Below are positions 10,193 through 20,039 of a stretch of 32,000 nucleotides of DNA, piece after piece. The translations under genes were made by a program, and so were the position numbers. The first letter of the stretch is position 1. Every line of letters begins with the position of its first letter. The notes beneath the pieces were generated by a model. The model searched no databases. It was given only the letters and a program-made list of their open reading frames with translations, and was not told where the DNA came from. The DNA is from Mycobacterium leprae TN (GTDB taxonomy: Bacteria > Actinomycetota > Actinomycetes > Mycobacteriales > Mycobacteriaceae), in contig NC_002677.1 of the NCBI RefSeq assembly GCF_000195855.1, positions 540,001 through 572,000 on the forward strand. Direction: 5' to 3'.

Positions 10193-11116
10193 TTACCAGC
10201 CCCGCTGGGCCAGCCGATCGGGCTGCGCAATCTGTTCAACATCGATGCCCGCCATCGCCTCACCCAGCCCGCGCGACACCTTGGCCAGTACATCGGGATC
10301 GTCGTAGAATGTGGTGGCCTTAACGATCGCGGCGGCACGCTGAGCCGGATCACTCGACTTGAAGATTCCTGAGCCCACAAAGATGCCCTCGGCGCCGAGC
10401 TGCATCATCATCGCCGCGTCGGCGGGAGTGGCGATTCCGCCGGCAGTGAACAGCGTGACCGGCAGCTTGTTTGTCCGGGCTACTTCGATGACGAGCTCGT
10501 AGGGGGCGTGTAATTCCTTTGCTGCAACATACAACTCGTCCTCAGATAAGGAGGTCAGGCGGCGGATGTCGCCGGCGATGGCCCGCATATGCGTGGTTGC
10601 GTTGGATACGTCACCGGTACCGGCTTCGCCCTTGGACCGGATCATTGCCGCCCCCTCGTTAATGCGCCGTAGCGCCTCACCGAGATTGGTAGCCCCACAC
10701 ACAAACGGTACGGTGAACTTCCACTTGTCGATGTGATGGGTGTAGTCAGCGGGAGTCAGCACTTCGGACTCGTCGATGTAGTCGACACCCAGGCTCTGCA
10801 GGATCTGCGCCTCGACGAAATGCCCGATCCTCGCTTTGGCCATCACCGGAATCGTGACCGCGGCGATGATGCTCTCGATCATGTCGGGGTCGCTCATCCG
10901 TGACACCCCGCCCTGAGCACGGATATCGGAAGGCACCCTCTCCAGCGCCATCACTGCGACGGCACCGGAGCCTTCGGCGATTCGGGCCTGCTCGGGGATA
11001 ACGACGTCCATTATGACGCCGCCTTTGAGCATCTCGGCCATACCGCGCTTCACCCGCGCCGTTCCGGTCTGGCCGAAAACCGACTGGGCCTGGTTCGACT
11101 GTGCGGCGCTATCCAC
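10193..11116 (-). CDS. pdxS: Pyridoxal 5'-phosphate synthase lyase subunit PdxS
   Basis: Near-identical to the mycobacterial PdxS core ([21 protein letters not shown]...[12 protein letters not shown]...[17 protein letters not shown]...LAQRGW*). The start is placed at the GTG for VDSAAQ (residue 96 of ORF 10193-11401), preceded by GGGAGAG. The longer ORF would overlap the upstream gene. Confidence 0.93.
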   Translation of the reverse strand: MDSAAQSNQAQSVFGQTGTARVKRGMAEMLKGGVIMDVVIPEQARIAEGSGAVAVMALERVPSDIRAQGGVSRMSDPDMIESIIAAVTIPVMAKARIGHFVEAQILQSLGVDYIDESEVLTPADYTHHIDKWKFTVPFVCGATNLGEALRRINEGAAMIRSKGEAGTGDVSNATTHMRAIAGDIRRLTSLSEDELYVAAKELHAPYELVIEVARTNKLPVTLFTAGGIATPADAAMMMQLGAEGIFVGSGIFKSSDPAQRAAAIVKATTFYDDPDVLAKVSRGLGEAMAGIDVEQIAQPDRLAQRGW

Positions 11117-11190
11117 TAGACTTTTCTCTCCCTTAAACTGATTTGTCTCAATTAACTCTAGTGGCGGGCGATAAACGAGTTTGGCCCTGC

Positions 11191-12240
11191 TCAACAAATT
11201 GACAGCAGCACATAGGTGTTGCGAGCAGCCGCTGTGCCTCTCGCGGTGCCGGTCGAAGCATCCGCTAATTGGTTGGCCACGGGCAACAGTTCGCCCAGCT
11301 GCCTCGGGTACACCTGTTCGCCGGACGCGACTAGCTCCGCGATGTCGTTGGCGTCGCACCAGCGCGACCCGTGCAGGCAGAGGTGTTCCAACTCGGTCCA
11401 CCCCACGGTAGACGGCTCGAACCGCCGGGTGCGGTACACTAAGTAAAATTCCTCGCTATCGATCACAGAACCGTTGAACTCGAAAATTGCGTCGCGTCGC
11501 CAAATAGGTCCGACCATATGTGTCGGGATAACCCGCAGACCGGTTTCTTCTGCCAGCTCCCGCGCTGCGGCTGCTGCTAACCGTTCGCCTGGTCGCACTT
11601 CGCCGCCGACGGTGATCCACCACCTGGGTGCGTGGCCATTGGTAATAGCCGGATCCGAGCCGCATAGCAACAGCACCGCCCCGGTTTCGTCGAGGAGCAC
11701 CACCCGCGCCGAGGTCCGCTGGTTCGGCACACCGTGATCACCGTGCGTCAACGCATGAGGCCGCTCGACGATCTCGAAATAGGTTGGCACCGAAGCGGTG
11801 CCCCGGAGCCGCAAGGTGCGTACCAAGCGTTGTTCGCCCAGTGCGAGGGTGTCGCGGACCGCATCGTTGTGAAATCGACGGGCCAGCAACACGCGGGCTT
11901 CGGCGTCGGCCAACTCGGCGATTAGGGCTGTTGGCAACGACGCCGGATCAACCATCGCCAACGCGGCCGAAAGCTCGTTTTCCGCGTTTTCTCGCGTATG
12001 CCTGGGCGCGCACTCGGCGGCGTCGGCCAGCGCCGCCAACCGCCTACCCGGCGAAGTACCGCTGTACGCGTCGATGGCCACGGCACGCGCCACTACCGCG
12101 CGCCGCGCCAACGCTCCGTCCAGAGCCTGCCACGACAGGTCGTAGCGGACGTGCAATCGGTTCAGCCGATTTGCCGTTTGATATCCCCAGCCGCCCGCCA
12201 ACGTGGCCAGCGCCACTAACAGCACCAAGAGGGTCAGCAT
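11191..12240 (-). CDS. Membrane-anchored LemA-like/Nudix hydrolase domain protein (Rv2609c-like)
   Basis: This is an intact 349-aa ORF. It has an N-terminal TM helix ([15 protein letters not shown]) and a LemA-like segment ([24 protein letters not shown]). The Nudix box is [24 protein letters not shown]. Its ATG shares one base with the pimA stop (TGATG). Confidence 0.9.
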   Translation of the reverse strand: MLTLLVLLVALATLAGGWGYQTANRLNRLHVRYDLSWQALDGALARRAVVARAVAIDAYSGTSPGRRLAALADAAECAPRHTRENAENELSAALAMVDPASLPTALIAELADAEARVLLARRFHNDAVRDTLALGEQRLVRTLRLRGTASVPTYFEIVERPHALTHGDHGVPNQRTSARVVLLDETGAVLLLCGSDPAITNGHAPRWWITVGGEVRPGERLAAAAARELAEETGLRVIPTHMVGPIWRRDAIFEFNGSVIDSEEFYLVYRTRRFEPSTVGWTELEHLCLHGSRWCDANDIAELVASGEQVYPRQLGELLPVANQLADASTGTARGTAAARNTYVLLSIC

Positions 12241-13364
12241 CAGCTAGCCACCTGCACCTTGGAACCTGACGTAGCGACCGTTTCGTACACCCGCATGATT
12301 TGGCTGGCCACCACCGACCAGTCATACCGACGAACCGCTTCGGCGCCGGCGGCCACGTAACGCTCCCGCAGGACGTCGTTGCGCAGCAACGCGACAAGCG
12401 CATCGGCCAACGCGGCGCTATCGCCCGCAGGCACTAAATGCCCGACTTCGCCGTCGCGCAGTACGCGGCGAAACGCGTCCAGATCACTCGCCACCACCGG
12501 AGTGCCGGCGGCCATCGCCTCCACCAGGACAATGCCGAAACTCTCGCCGCCGATGTTGGGCGCGCAATAGACGTCGGCGCTGCGCATCGCCGCGGCTTTT
12601 CCGGCGTCATCCACCTGGCCAAGAAAACGGATGTGCTCCACCAATCCGCCTGCCTGGCTCCGCAATTGCTCTTCGTCGCCACGGCCGACGATCAGTAACT
12701 GTACGTCGTCGAAGCATTCCATAACTCCCGGTAGGGCATCAAGCAGGACCGACATGCCTTTGCGTGGCTCGTCGTAGCGGCCGAGGAACAGTACCGTCTT
12801 GCCGAGCCGCGGGTACCCGGCTAGCTGGGGTGCCGAGGACAACGAATCAACGTTCACCCCGTTGGGGATCTCCACCGCATCGGACCCCAGAGCCTCCATT
12901 TGCCAGCGCCGTGCTAAGTCGGATACTGCGATCCGGCCGATGATCTTCTCGTGCCATGGTCGCAGCACGCCTTGGAATACCGACAGCGTCAGTGATTTGG
13001 TGGTGGAGGTATGAAATGTCGCGACGATTGGCCCCTCGGCCACCCGCAGCGCCCACATCGACAGGCTGGGTGCGTTCGGTTCGTGCAGGTGAAGCACGTC
13101 AAAATCGCCGTCCACTAACCAACGCCTGACTCTGCTGTGTACTGCCGGACTGAACTGCAGCCGCGCCACTGAACCGTTGTAGGGAATCGGGATCGCCCTG
13201 CCGGCGGAGACAACATATTCGGGCAGCGAGACATCCGGCGAAGCCGGCGCCAGCACACGGACCTGCTGTCCCCGCGCGCGCATCACCTCGGCCAGTTGCA
13301 AGACGTGCGATTGCACCCCGCCTGGCACATCGAACGAGTATGGACAGATCATCCCGATCCGCAT
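12240..13364 (-). CDS. pimA: GDP-mannose-dependent phosphatidylinositol alpha-mannosyltransferase PimA (GT4)
   Basis: This is an intact 374-aa ORF. MRIGMICPYSFDVPGGVQSHVLQLAEVM... and the GT-B C-terminal ESFGIVLVEAMAAGTPVVASD motif are typical of PimA (Rv2610c). Confidence 0.95.
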   Translation of the reverse strand: MRIGMICPYSFDVPGGVQSHVLQLAEVMRARGQQVRVLAPASPDVSLPEYVVSAGRAIPIPYNGSVARLQFSPAVHSRVRRWLVDGDFDVLHLHEPNAPSLSMWALRVAEGPIVATFHTSTTKSLTLSVFQGVLRPWHEKIIGRIAVSDLARRWQMEALGSDAVEIPNGVNVDSLSSAPQLAGYPRLGKTVLFLGRYDEPRKGMSVLLDALPGVMECFDDVQLLIVGRGDEEQLRSQAGGLVEHIRFLGQVDDAGKAAAMRSADVYCAPNIGGESFGIVLVEAMAAGTPVVASDLDAFRRVLRDGEVGHLVPAGDSAALADALVALLRNDVLRERYVAAGAEAVRRYDWSVVASQIMRVYETVATSGSKVQVAS

Positions 13365-13373
13365 AGGCTTCCC

Positions 13374-14336
13374 TCAATTCGGTCTCAGCTGCGCTCGCTT
13401 GGCATCGGACAAGTCAGCCAACCATTGCGGCTGAAGCATGTGCCAGTCGGTGGGGTTGGCGGCGATGTCCTGGGCGAACTGGTCGGCCAGCGCCTGGGTG
13501 ACGTCACCGACGTCACCGCTGGTGCAATCCAGCGCTGGGTGTACCGAAAAGCCCCAGCCGCTGCCCTGGAACCAGCAGTGAACCGGCAGTAGTGCAGCCC
13601 CGGTCTTGATTGCGAGCTTCGCTGGGCCTGCAGGCATGCGAGTGGGTTCGCCGAAGAAATCGACCTCAACGCCGGTGCGGGTGAGGTCACGCTCGGCCAT
13701 CAGACACACCACGCGGTTGGACCGCAACCGCTCGCACAGCAGCTCAAAGAGGGCTTGGAAGCCAGTATCCTTGTTCGCAGACATTGGCAGTACTTCGAAA
13801 CCGAGGTTTTCACGGTAGTTGATGAAACGCCGATACAGCGACTCGGGTTTGAGTCGTTCCGCGACGGTGGTGAAGGTACCGTGGCATTGCACCAGCCACA
13901 CGCCGGCCATATCCCAATTGCCGCTGTGCGGCAATGCCAGCACAACGCCGCGCCCAGCATCCAAGGCCTCCCCGACACGGTGCAGGTCGATGCCATAAGC
14001 CTCGACCTGCTTTGCCACCGTGTGGGGATTCATTGTCGGCAGACGAAACGCTTCCCGCCAATAGCGGGCATAAGACGCCAGCGAGGTGCGTATCAGTGCG
14101 TCCGGTACATCGGCAGCTTGCACACCGATGATGCGGGCCAGGTTCTTGCGCAATTGATCCGGTCCGCCGTTGCGGGCTGCGTAGCGCGCTCCGGTGTTGA
14201 ATGCGAAACGCGCAGCAGATTCCGGCATCGCGCGCACAGCCCTCCAGCCAGCCGCATACGCCCAGTCGATGGCCCGCCCGGTCATTAGCCGATGCGGAGC
14301 CCTGATCATTTTCAGCCCCGCTGTGCTGGTTGTCAC
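13374..14336 (-). CDS. patA: Phosphatidylinositol mannoside acyltransferase (PatA/HtrB-type lysophospholipid acyltransferase)
   Basis: This is an intact 320-aa ORF with the HX4D acyltransferase motif (LPHSGNWDMAG) and Rv2611c-like sequence. The GTG start overlaps the pgsA1 stop (GTGA). An alternative start at M10 is possible. Confidence 0.88.
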   Translation of the reverse strand: MTTSTAGLKMIRAPHRLMTGRAIDWAYAAGWRAVRAMPESAARFAFNTGARYAARNGGPDQLRKNLARIIGVQAADVPDALIRTSLASYARYWREAFRLPTMNPHTVAKQVEAYGIDLHRVGEALDAGRGVVLALPHSGNWDMAGVWLVQCHGTFTTVAERLKPESLYRRFINYRENLGFEVLPMSANKDTGFQALFELLCERLRSNRVVCLMAERDLTRTGVEVDFFGEPTRMPAGPAKLAIKTGAALLPVHCWFQGSGWGFSVHPALDCTSGDVGDVTQALADQFAQDIAANPTDWHMLQPQWLADLSDAKRAQLRPN

Positions 14337-15052
14337 GGCTCGCCTGTTCCCAGGTTTCCGGGACCGGGTTGGCCCCCATTCGTCGCGTTAGTCCTGTCGC
14401 TAGCGCTAGGGTAGCCTGGTCTGGCAATGCGATCGGTTGCCCCCGGCGAGGTGTGCACTGTGTGCAACCGTTGCGCACAGGTGATGAGGCTGGCGACCAC
14501 TAACAGCCACATCGCCACCGACAACGCCCACGGCAACGAATACACCGGAAAGTCCGATAAGCCCGCACCGACCAGCACGATGATCAAACGTTCCGGCCGT
14601 TCGATGAGGCCATCATCGCCGCGTAGCCCGCTGGCTTCGGCCCGGGCCTTGATGTAAGAAATCACCTGCGAGGTGACCAAACAGATCAAGGTTGCCACCA
14701 CCAGGTGTTTGCTGTGCAGGCCGAACGCCATCCACCACAGCAGTCCGCAGAATACCGCTCCGTCACTGATACGGTCACACGTCGCATCGAGAACCGCGCC
14801 GTACCGGGTGCCGCCGCCACGTTCCCTGGCCATCGCCCCGTCGAGCATGTCGAAAAGTACGAAAAACCAGACTACCAGAGTACCGGCGAAGAGTTTGCCG
14901 ATCGGGAAAAGTACCAGCGCCCCCGACGCAGCCACGATGGTGCCTAAGACGGTGATGGCATCCGGCGTCAAGCCGACCCGCAGCAACGCTCTTGCGGTCG
15001 GAGTCGTGAGCCGCGTAAACGTCGCCCGGGACAGGAATGGCACCTTGCTCAT
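14333..15052 (-). CDS. pgsA1: Phosphatidylinositol(-phosphate) synthase, CDP-alcohol phosphatidyltransferase family
   Basis: [15 protein letters not shown]... and the CDP-alcohol motif DMLDGAMARERGGGTRYGAVLDATCDRISD are present. The start is set at the ATG at 15052 (residue 49 of ORF 14333-15196) by homology to Rv2612c. It forms an ATGA overlap with the upstream HIT gene. Confidence 0.9.
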   Translation of the reverse strand: MSKVPFLSRATFTRLTTPTARALLRVGLTPDAITVLGTIVAASGALVLFPIGKLFAGTLVVWFFVLFDMLDGAMARERGGGTRYGAVLDATCDRISDGAVFCGLLWWMAFGLHSKHLVVATLICLVTSQVISYIKARAEASGLRGDDGLIERPERLIIVLVGAGLSDFPVYSLPWALSVAMWLLVVASLITCAQRLHTVHTSPGATDRIARPGYPSASDRTNATNGGQPGPGNLGTGEP

Positions 15053-15669
15053 AAGCTTCGCTCTGCATCGTCGCCACTGCGGCTCATAAACTGTTTCGTC
15101 CACTCCGTCGCAAGCAGCTGTCGAGTATCCCGGAGCAACTGCGGGATCACTTTGGAGCCGCCGATGATGGTGATGAAGTTCGCGTCGCCACCCCACCGTG
15201 GCACGACATGCACATGCAGGTGCTCGGCCAGCGATCCTCCCGCCGATGTCCCCAAGTTTAGGCCCACGTTAAAGCCATGTGGCCGAGACACGTTCTTGAT
15301 GACGCGAATCGCCTTCTGAGTGAAGGTCATCAACTCCGCGCTCTCTGCGTCGGTTAGGTCTTCAAGCTCGGAAACTTGCCGGTAGGGCACCACCATTAGG
15401 TGCCCGGGGTTGTACGGGTAGAGGTTGAGCACGGCGTAGACGAGTTCACCGCGGGCTACCACCAAGCCGTCTTCATCGGACAATTGTGGAATGTCGGTGA
15501 ACGGCTGCGCCGGGGTGGAGTTGTCGTGATTGACTGGCGCTTCAGCCAGATAGGTCATCCGGTACGGTGTCCACAGCCGTTGCAAGTGGTCGCGCTCGCC
15601 GACGCCCATGTCCAAGATGGTGCCGTCTGTGTGATCGGCACGTGTGTCGGGTCTTTCCTGCTCACTCAC
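15049..15669 (-). CDS. HIT-family nucleotide phosphorylase/hydrolase (Rv2613c-like Ap4A phosphorylase)
   Basis: This is an intact 206-aa ORF with the histidine triad HLHVHVVPR. The GTG start overlaps the thrS stop by 8 nt. Confidence 0.88.
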   Translation of the reverse strand: MSEQERPDTRADHTDGTILDMGVGERDHLQRLWTPYRMTYLAEAPVNHDNSTPAQPFTDIPQLSDEDGLVVARGELVYAVLNLYPYNPGHLMVVPYRQVSELEDLTDAESAELMTFTQKAIRVIKNVSRPHGFNVGLNLGTSAGGSLAEHLHVHVVPRWGGDANFITIIGGSKVIPQLLRDTRQLLATEWTKQFMSRSGDDAERSL

Positions 15670-17770
15670 CGCCGGTTACTTTCACCAATTCTGCTGTGGG
15701 AAAATCATTCTCGCGGTCAACGATCCAACAAACGATGGCCTCGACGGCACTGTCGCGGGCGACGCCGTTGATCTGTGTGCGGTCACCAAAGCGGAAGCTC
15801 ACCGACCCGGTCCGCACGTCGCGGTCGCCGGCCAGTAACATAAACGGCACTTTCTGGTTGGTGTGACGGACGATTTTCTTTGCCATCCGATCGTCGCTGA
15901 CATCCACCTCCGTCCGGACACCACACGATTTCAGTTGCGCAGCAACCTCTTCCAAGTAAGATACATGCTCACCGGTGACCGGTATACCGACCACCTGAAT
16001 GGGCGCTAGCCAGGCAGGGAATGCTCCCGCATAGTGTTCGGTGAGGATGCCGAAGAATCGCTCGATTGATCCGAATAACGCCCGGTGAATCATGACTGGG
16101 CGCTGCCGAGTCCCGTCCGCGGAGGTGTACTCCAATGCGAACCGTTCGGGAAAGTTGAAGTCTACCTGGATGGTGGACATCTGCCAGCTGCGACCCAGTG
16201 CGTCGCGCACCTGCACCGAGATCTTCGGGCCGTAGAACGCGGCGCCACCTGGATCGGGAACCAATGGGAGAGTAGAATTCTCGGCTACCTCCGCCAGCGC
16301 GGCTGTGGCTTCTTCCCAGATCTCTTCGGAGCCAACAAATTTCTCCGGGTCTTTAGTAGAAAGCTCGAGGTAAAAATCTTCTAGCCCATAGTCGCCAAGA
16401 AGATCCAGGACGAACCGGAGCAGCGACGCCAGCTCGCAGTGCAGCTGCTCGCGGGTGCAGAAGATGTGCGAGTCGTCCATGGTGAACCCGCGGGCACGGG
16501 TAAGCCCATGTACTACACCAGATTTCTCGTAGCGGTAGATCGTGCCGAACTCGAAGAGCCGTAGTGGCAACTCTCGATACGAACGTCCGCGCGAGGAGAA
16601 AATCAGGGTGTGCATCGGGCAGTTCATTGGCTTGAGGTAGTAGTCTTGCCCTGGCTTACGCACCGTGCCGTCATCGTTGTGTTCGGCGTCGAGGTGCATC
16701 GGGGGGAATATACCCTCGGCGTACCAGTCGAGGTGACCCGAAGTGTGGAACAGCTGCGCCTTGGTAATATGCGGGGTGTTGACGAATTGGTAGCCGGCTT
16801 CGATGTGCTTGCGCCGGGAGTACTCTTCCATTTCCCGACGTACGATGCTCCCCTTAGGGTGAAAAATCGCTAAGCCAGAACCGATTTCGTCGGGGAAACT
16901 GAACAGATCCAGCTCAATGCCCAGCTTGCGATGGTCGCGGCGCTGGGCCTCGGTAATCATCTCAAGGTGGCGATCGAGGGCCTCCTGCGATTCCCACGCG
17001 GTACCATAGATGCGCTGCAGGCTGGCGTTTTTCTGGTTGCCTCGCCAGTACGCAGCGGAACTTCTGGTCAGCTTGAACGCAGGAATGTGCTTGGTAGTTG
17101 GGATGTGTGGTCCGCGGCACAGGTCACCCCAAATACGTTCCCCGTTGCGGGCGTTGAGGTTGTCATAAGCGGTGAGCTCATCGCCGCCGACCTCCATGAT
17201 CTCGGCATCCCCCGATTCGTCGTCGACAAGTTCCAGCTTGTATGGTTCGCCGGCCCACTCGGTACGAGCTTGCTCCTTGGATTCGTAGATCCGTCGCGAG
17301 AACAGCTGCCCTTCCTTGACAATCTGCCGCATCCGCTTTTCTAGCGCCTTTAAATCTTCAGGCGTGAACGGTTCGGCCACGTCGAAGTCGTAGTAGAAGC
17401 CATCGGTAATAGGCGGCCCGATCCCCAGTTTGGCTTGTGGGAACAGGTCTTGGACAGCTTGGGCCAAAACGTGTGCCGTCGAATGCCGGATCACGCTGCG
17501 GCCGTCGTCGGTATTGACGGGTACCGGAGTCACCTCGACGTCGACGTCCGGAACCCAGCTTAAGTCGCGTAACTTCCCGTCGGCGTCGCGCACCACCACA
17601 ATCGCATCGGGAGCGCCATGTGTTGGCAATCCGGCCTCGCTGACCGCGGCCGCTGCGGTACTACCGGCAGGAACCTGGATTGGGACTTGCGGCGACCGCA
17701 AGCCCGGCGTGGCCGGGCGCAGCGGGTCGCCGCCATCGGCTCCAGGGACGGGGTGTACGGGGGCGCTCAT
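15662..17770 (-). CDS. thrS: Threonyl-tRNA synthetase
   Basis: The ORF is intact. It has TGS/editing and class II core motifs ([27 protein letters not shown]-like loops, [26 protein letters not shown]). The start is taken at MSAPVHP (17770) by homology. The ORF-track start at 17785 is 5 codons upstream. Confidence 0.95.
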
Positions 17771-17904
17771 CGGGTTGGTCTCCAAGACGAATTTGTAGCC
17801 GGGTTGTAATTGGGGACATAACTGATAACGGTTGCCATGCTATCGGGGCGGGCTTTGAAGAAACCAAGCCCATTAAGGGTCGAGTGTGTCTCAGTCAGTG
17901 CGCA

Positions 17905-18350
17905 TCATGGCTGGCCGAGCTTAAACCGCATAAACAACGCGTCAGCTTCGTTCAACAGGGTGTCGCCGTCGGTCAATCGGCCCGAAACGAAGCTCTTGTG
18001 CCCGTCCACCTGGTTGACGCCGACATCGATCTGCAGCTCCTTTCCAATCGACACGATGTGCCGGTAATTGATTTTGAAGTAAGGCGGTGCGCTGGTAGGA
18101 ACCCTCGGTTAGCACCGCAGACGTCAACTACAGCACTGTATCGAACAGCATTTCAGCAGCTTCGCCGTGCACAGCATCGTTGCGTACCAGATTAAGCCGG
18201 GCGAATCACGCCCAGCCACGAACGCGGCTGTCGTCGGTTTTACCGGCAGATATCGGCACCGTCAGGATGTTTGTTGCGGACAGGTAGGTCCATCCAGCGA
18301 CCCGACTTGCTGGCCACCACGACACCGAATTGCCTACCGAGAGGTGTAAA
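17905..18350 (-). pseudogene. PaaI/hotdog-fold thioesterase pseudogene
   Basis: The C-terminus reads INYRHIVSIGKELQIDVGVNQVDGHKSFVSGRLTDGDTLLNEADALFMRFKLGQP*, a typical hotdog thioesterase end. The upstream part is broken by stops. Confidence 0.5.
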
Positions 18351-18362
18351 CCACCGGCTCGG

Positions 18363-19268
18363 TCACTGGGCCCCAGCAGCCGAGAGCATCTCGAACTCGT
18401 CGTCGGAAAGGCTGATCTCGGCGGCGGCGACGTTCTCCTCCAGGTGCGCCACCCGCGATGTCCCTGGAATCGGCAACATCACCGGCGATCGCTTTAGCAA
18501 CCAGGCCAGCGCCAGTTGCGACGGCGTCGCGTGATGGTTGACGGCGATGCGCTGCAGCGGTCCGTCCGGGGCCGCCAACGGTCCCGCGGCCAGTGGGGAC
18601 CACGGGATGAAGCCGATGCCCCGACTGGTCACGGCATCTAACAGTGGTTCGGCAGCTCGCGCCGACAAGTTGTACATGTTCTGCACCGACACGATCTCTG
18701 TGATCTGCTGGGCCGCGGTGAGTTGATCGAGGTTGATCTCGGACAGACCGATATGGCGGATCTTGCCTTCGTTTTTCAATGTGAACAGCTCGCCCACTTG
18801 GTCGGCCAGTGGGAAGTTCGGGTCGATCCGGTGCAGTTGAAACAGATCGATGGTGTCGACGTTGAGACGGCGCAGGCTCATTTCCAGTTCTTGGCGCAGG
18901 TAGCTTGGATTACCCAGCGGGATCCATACGTCCCGGCCTGTCCGCAACAAACCGGCCTTGGTTGCGATCACCAGTCCCTTGTAGGGATGCAACGCCTCGG
19001 CAATTATCTCCTCGGAGACGTAGGGGCCGTAGGAGTCGGCGGTATCGATGAAGTTCACCCCCAATTCGACGGCGCGTCGCAGTACCCGCACGGCCTCGTA
19101 GCGGTCAACGGGCGGGCCCCACACTCCCTTACCCGTTAGGCGCATCGCGCCGAAACCAAGTCGGTTGACCTTCAGGTCGCCACCGAGCGTGAACGCTCCG
19201 GATGCCTGGGCCAGAGCCTGAGAGTTTTGTGATGTCACTTCCACGACCGTACGCCAAAAACGACGCAT
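18363..19268 (-). CDS. Aldo/keto reductase family oxidoreductase
   Basis: The ORF is intact. AKR signatures are LGFGAMRLTG, FIDTADSYGPYVSEEIIAEAL, LFQLHRID and IPGTSRVAHLEEN. The start is uncertain: ATG 19268, GTG 19238 or TTG 19292. Confidence 0.85.
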   Translation of the reverse strand: MRRFWRTVVEVTSQNSQALAQASGAFTLGGDLKVNRLGFGAMRLTGKGVWGPPVDRYEAVRVLRRAVELGVNFIDTADSYGPYVSEEIIAEALHPYKGLVIATKAGLLRTGRDVWIPLGNPSYLRQELEMSLRRLNVDTIDLFQLHRIDPNFPLADQVGELFTLKNEGKIRHIGLSEINLDQLTAAQQITEIVSVQNMYNLSARAAEPLLDAVTSRGIGFIPWSPLAAGPLAAPDGPLQRIAVNHHATPSQLALAWLLKRSPVMLPIPGTSRVAHLEENVAAAEISLSDDEFEMLSAAGAQ

Positions 19269-19309
19269 TTTTAAGCATAGCAAGCTAAACAAGTGTATAT
19301 TTATGCGCT

Positions 19310-19990
19310 TGAAGTAATGCCGACTGACCTACCAGGAGGTGCGCGCGACCGTAGCCGGCCAGCTGCCACCAAAACATATGACCATCTGCGCGTGCAGACC
19401 GAAATCGGCACGGGACAGCAGCGCTTCGAGTAAGCCGCCGACGCCGCCCTGCACTGGGACATGTAACGCGGAGCTGGCCTGTGCGTGCGAGCCAGTTCTG
19501 AGGTCGCCGCCGTAGAGGACGGTGGTGCTGGTTCGAATAGGGTGTCTATCTGGCGTCGTACCGGGTAGTGTTATGTCGTCGACTAACCCGATCTACACGG
19601 GTGCTCCTACGGGACTTGCCGGGTCATCCGGAGTCCGACGAGGGTCGGTTTGCGGTTCACTGTGACGCTGGTGGATGCATGGATGGAGGCCCGATGTTTC
19701 ATCGCTAAGTATTTGTGTGCGCGTAGTCCTATAGCCGGATAGAGGAGCAGGTCGACGATGATCTTGGCCCCCAGGTACCGATCCTCGGCGCAGCCATTAC
19801 CAGCATACCAGCCGAATCTCGAATCGTCTTGACGAGATACATGCACTGGTCGACGCTGTCAGAAAATTAGGTCGCTAATCCAGCTAAGTACATACTCTAG
19901 TGATGCAGGTGGGTCAACAGGTTGAAAAATTTGTCTACCCCAAAACAAGCAAGTATGGTCGTGACAGTCAATATGATGCTTAGCATCAGT
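19310..19990 (-). pseudogene. Probable zinc-type/MDR quinone oxidoreductase pseudogene
   Basis: Fragments DDSRFGWYAGNGCAEDRYLGAK and HVPVQGGVGGLLEALLSRADFGLHAQMVICFGGS resemble GDRVxG...YAEY and the GGVG Rossmann region of Qor-type enzymes. Several stops are present. Confidence 0.4.
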
Positions 19991-20039
19991 CGCTGATTCG
20001 CAAGGGCAAGGGTTGCGGCGGCCGGGTTGGCCCCCAAGA

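Noticed and set aside
10193-11401. A 402-aa ORF suggesting a much longer PdxS
   Set aside because: The first 95 codons have no PdxS homology, are Arg/Gly-rich as expected of out-of-context GC-rich sequence, and overlap the 3' end of the Nudix gene. Homology starts at the GTG (VDSAAQ...) preceded by a GGGAGAG Shine-Dalgarno sequence, so I call 10193-11116.
11784-12269. Plus-strand ORFs of 161 aa here, 171 aa at 17680-18195, and a minus-strand 179-aa ORF at 23818-24357
   Set aside because: Each is antisense to a confidently identified gene (Nudix, thrS/thioesterase region, SGNH hydrolase) and has no family resemblance.
13755-14478. ORFs 13810-14478 (-, 222 aa) and 13755-14288 (+, 177 aa) overlapping patA/pgsA1
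   Set aside because: These are alternative-frame or antisense ORFs inside well-supported genes, with Arg/Gly/Ala-rich composition. They are typical high-GC spurious ORFs.
14333-15196. A 287-aa ORF for pgsA1 with an N-terminal extension
   Set aside because: The extension overlaps the HIT gene and lacks homology. Mycobacterial PgsA1 starts at MSK(L/V)PFLSR, which gives an ATGA-coupled start at 15052.
17850-17871. Hairpin gggctt-(10 nt)-aagccc upstream of thrS as a terminator or regulatory element
   Set aside because: The stem is only 6 bp with no adjacent U-tract on either strand. No T-box or leader features were recognisable.
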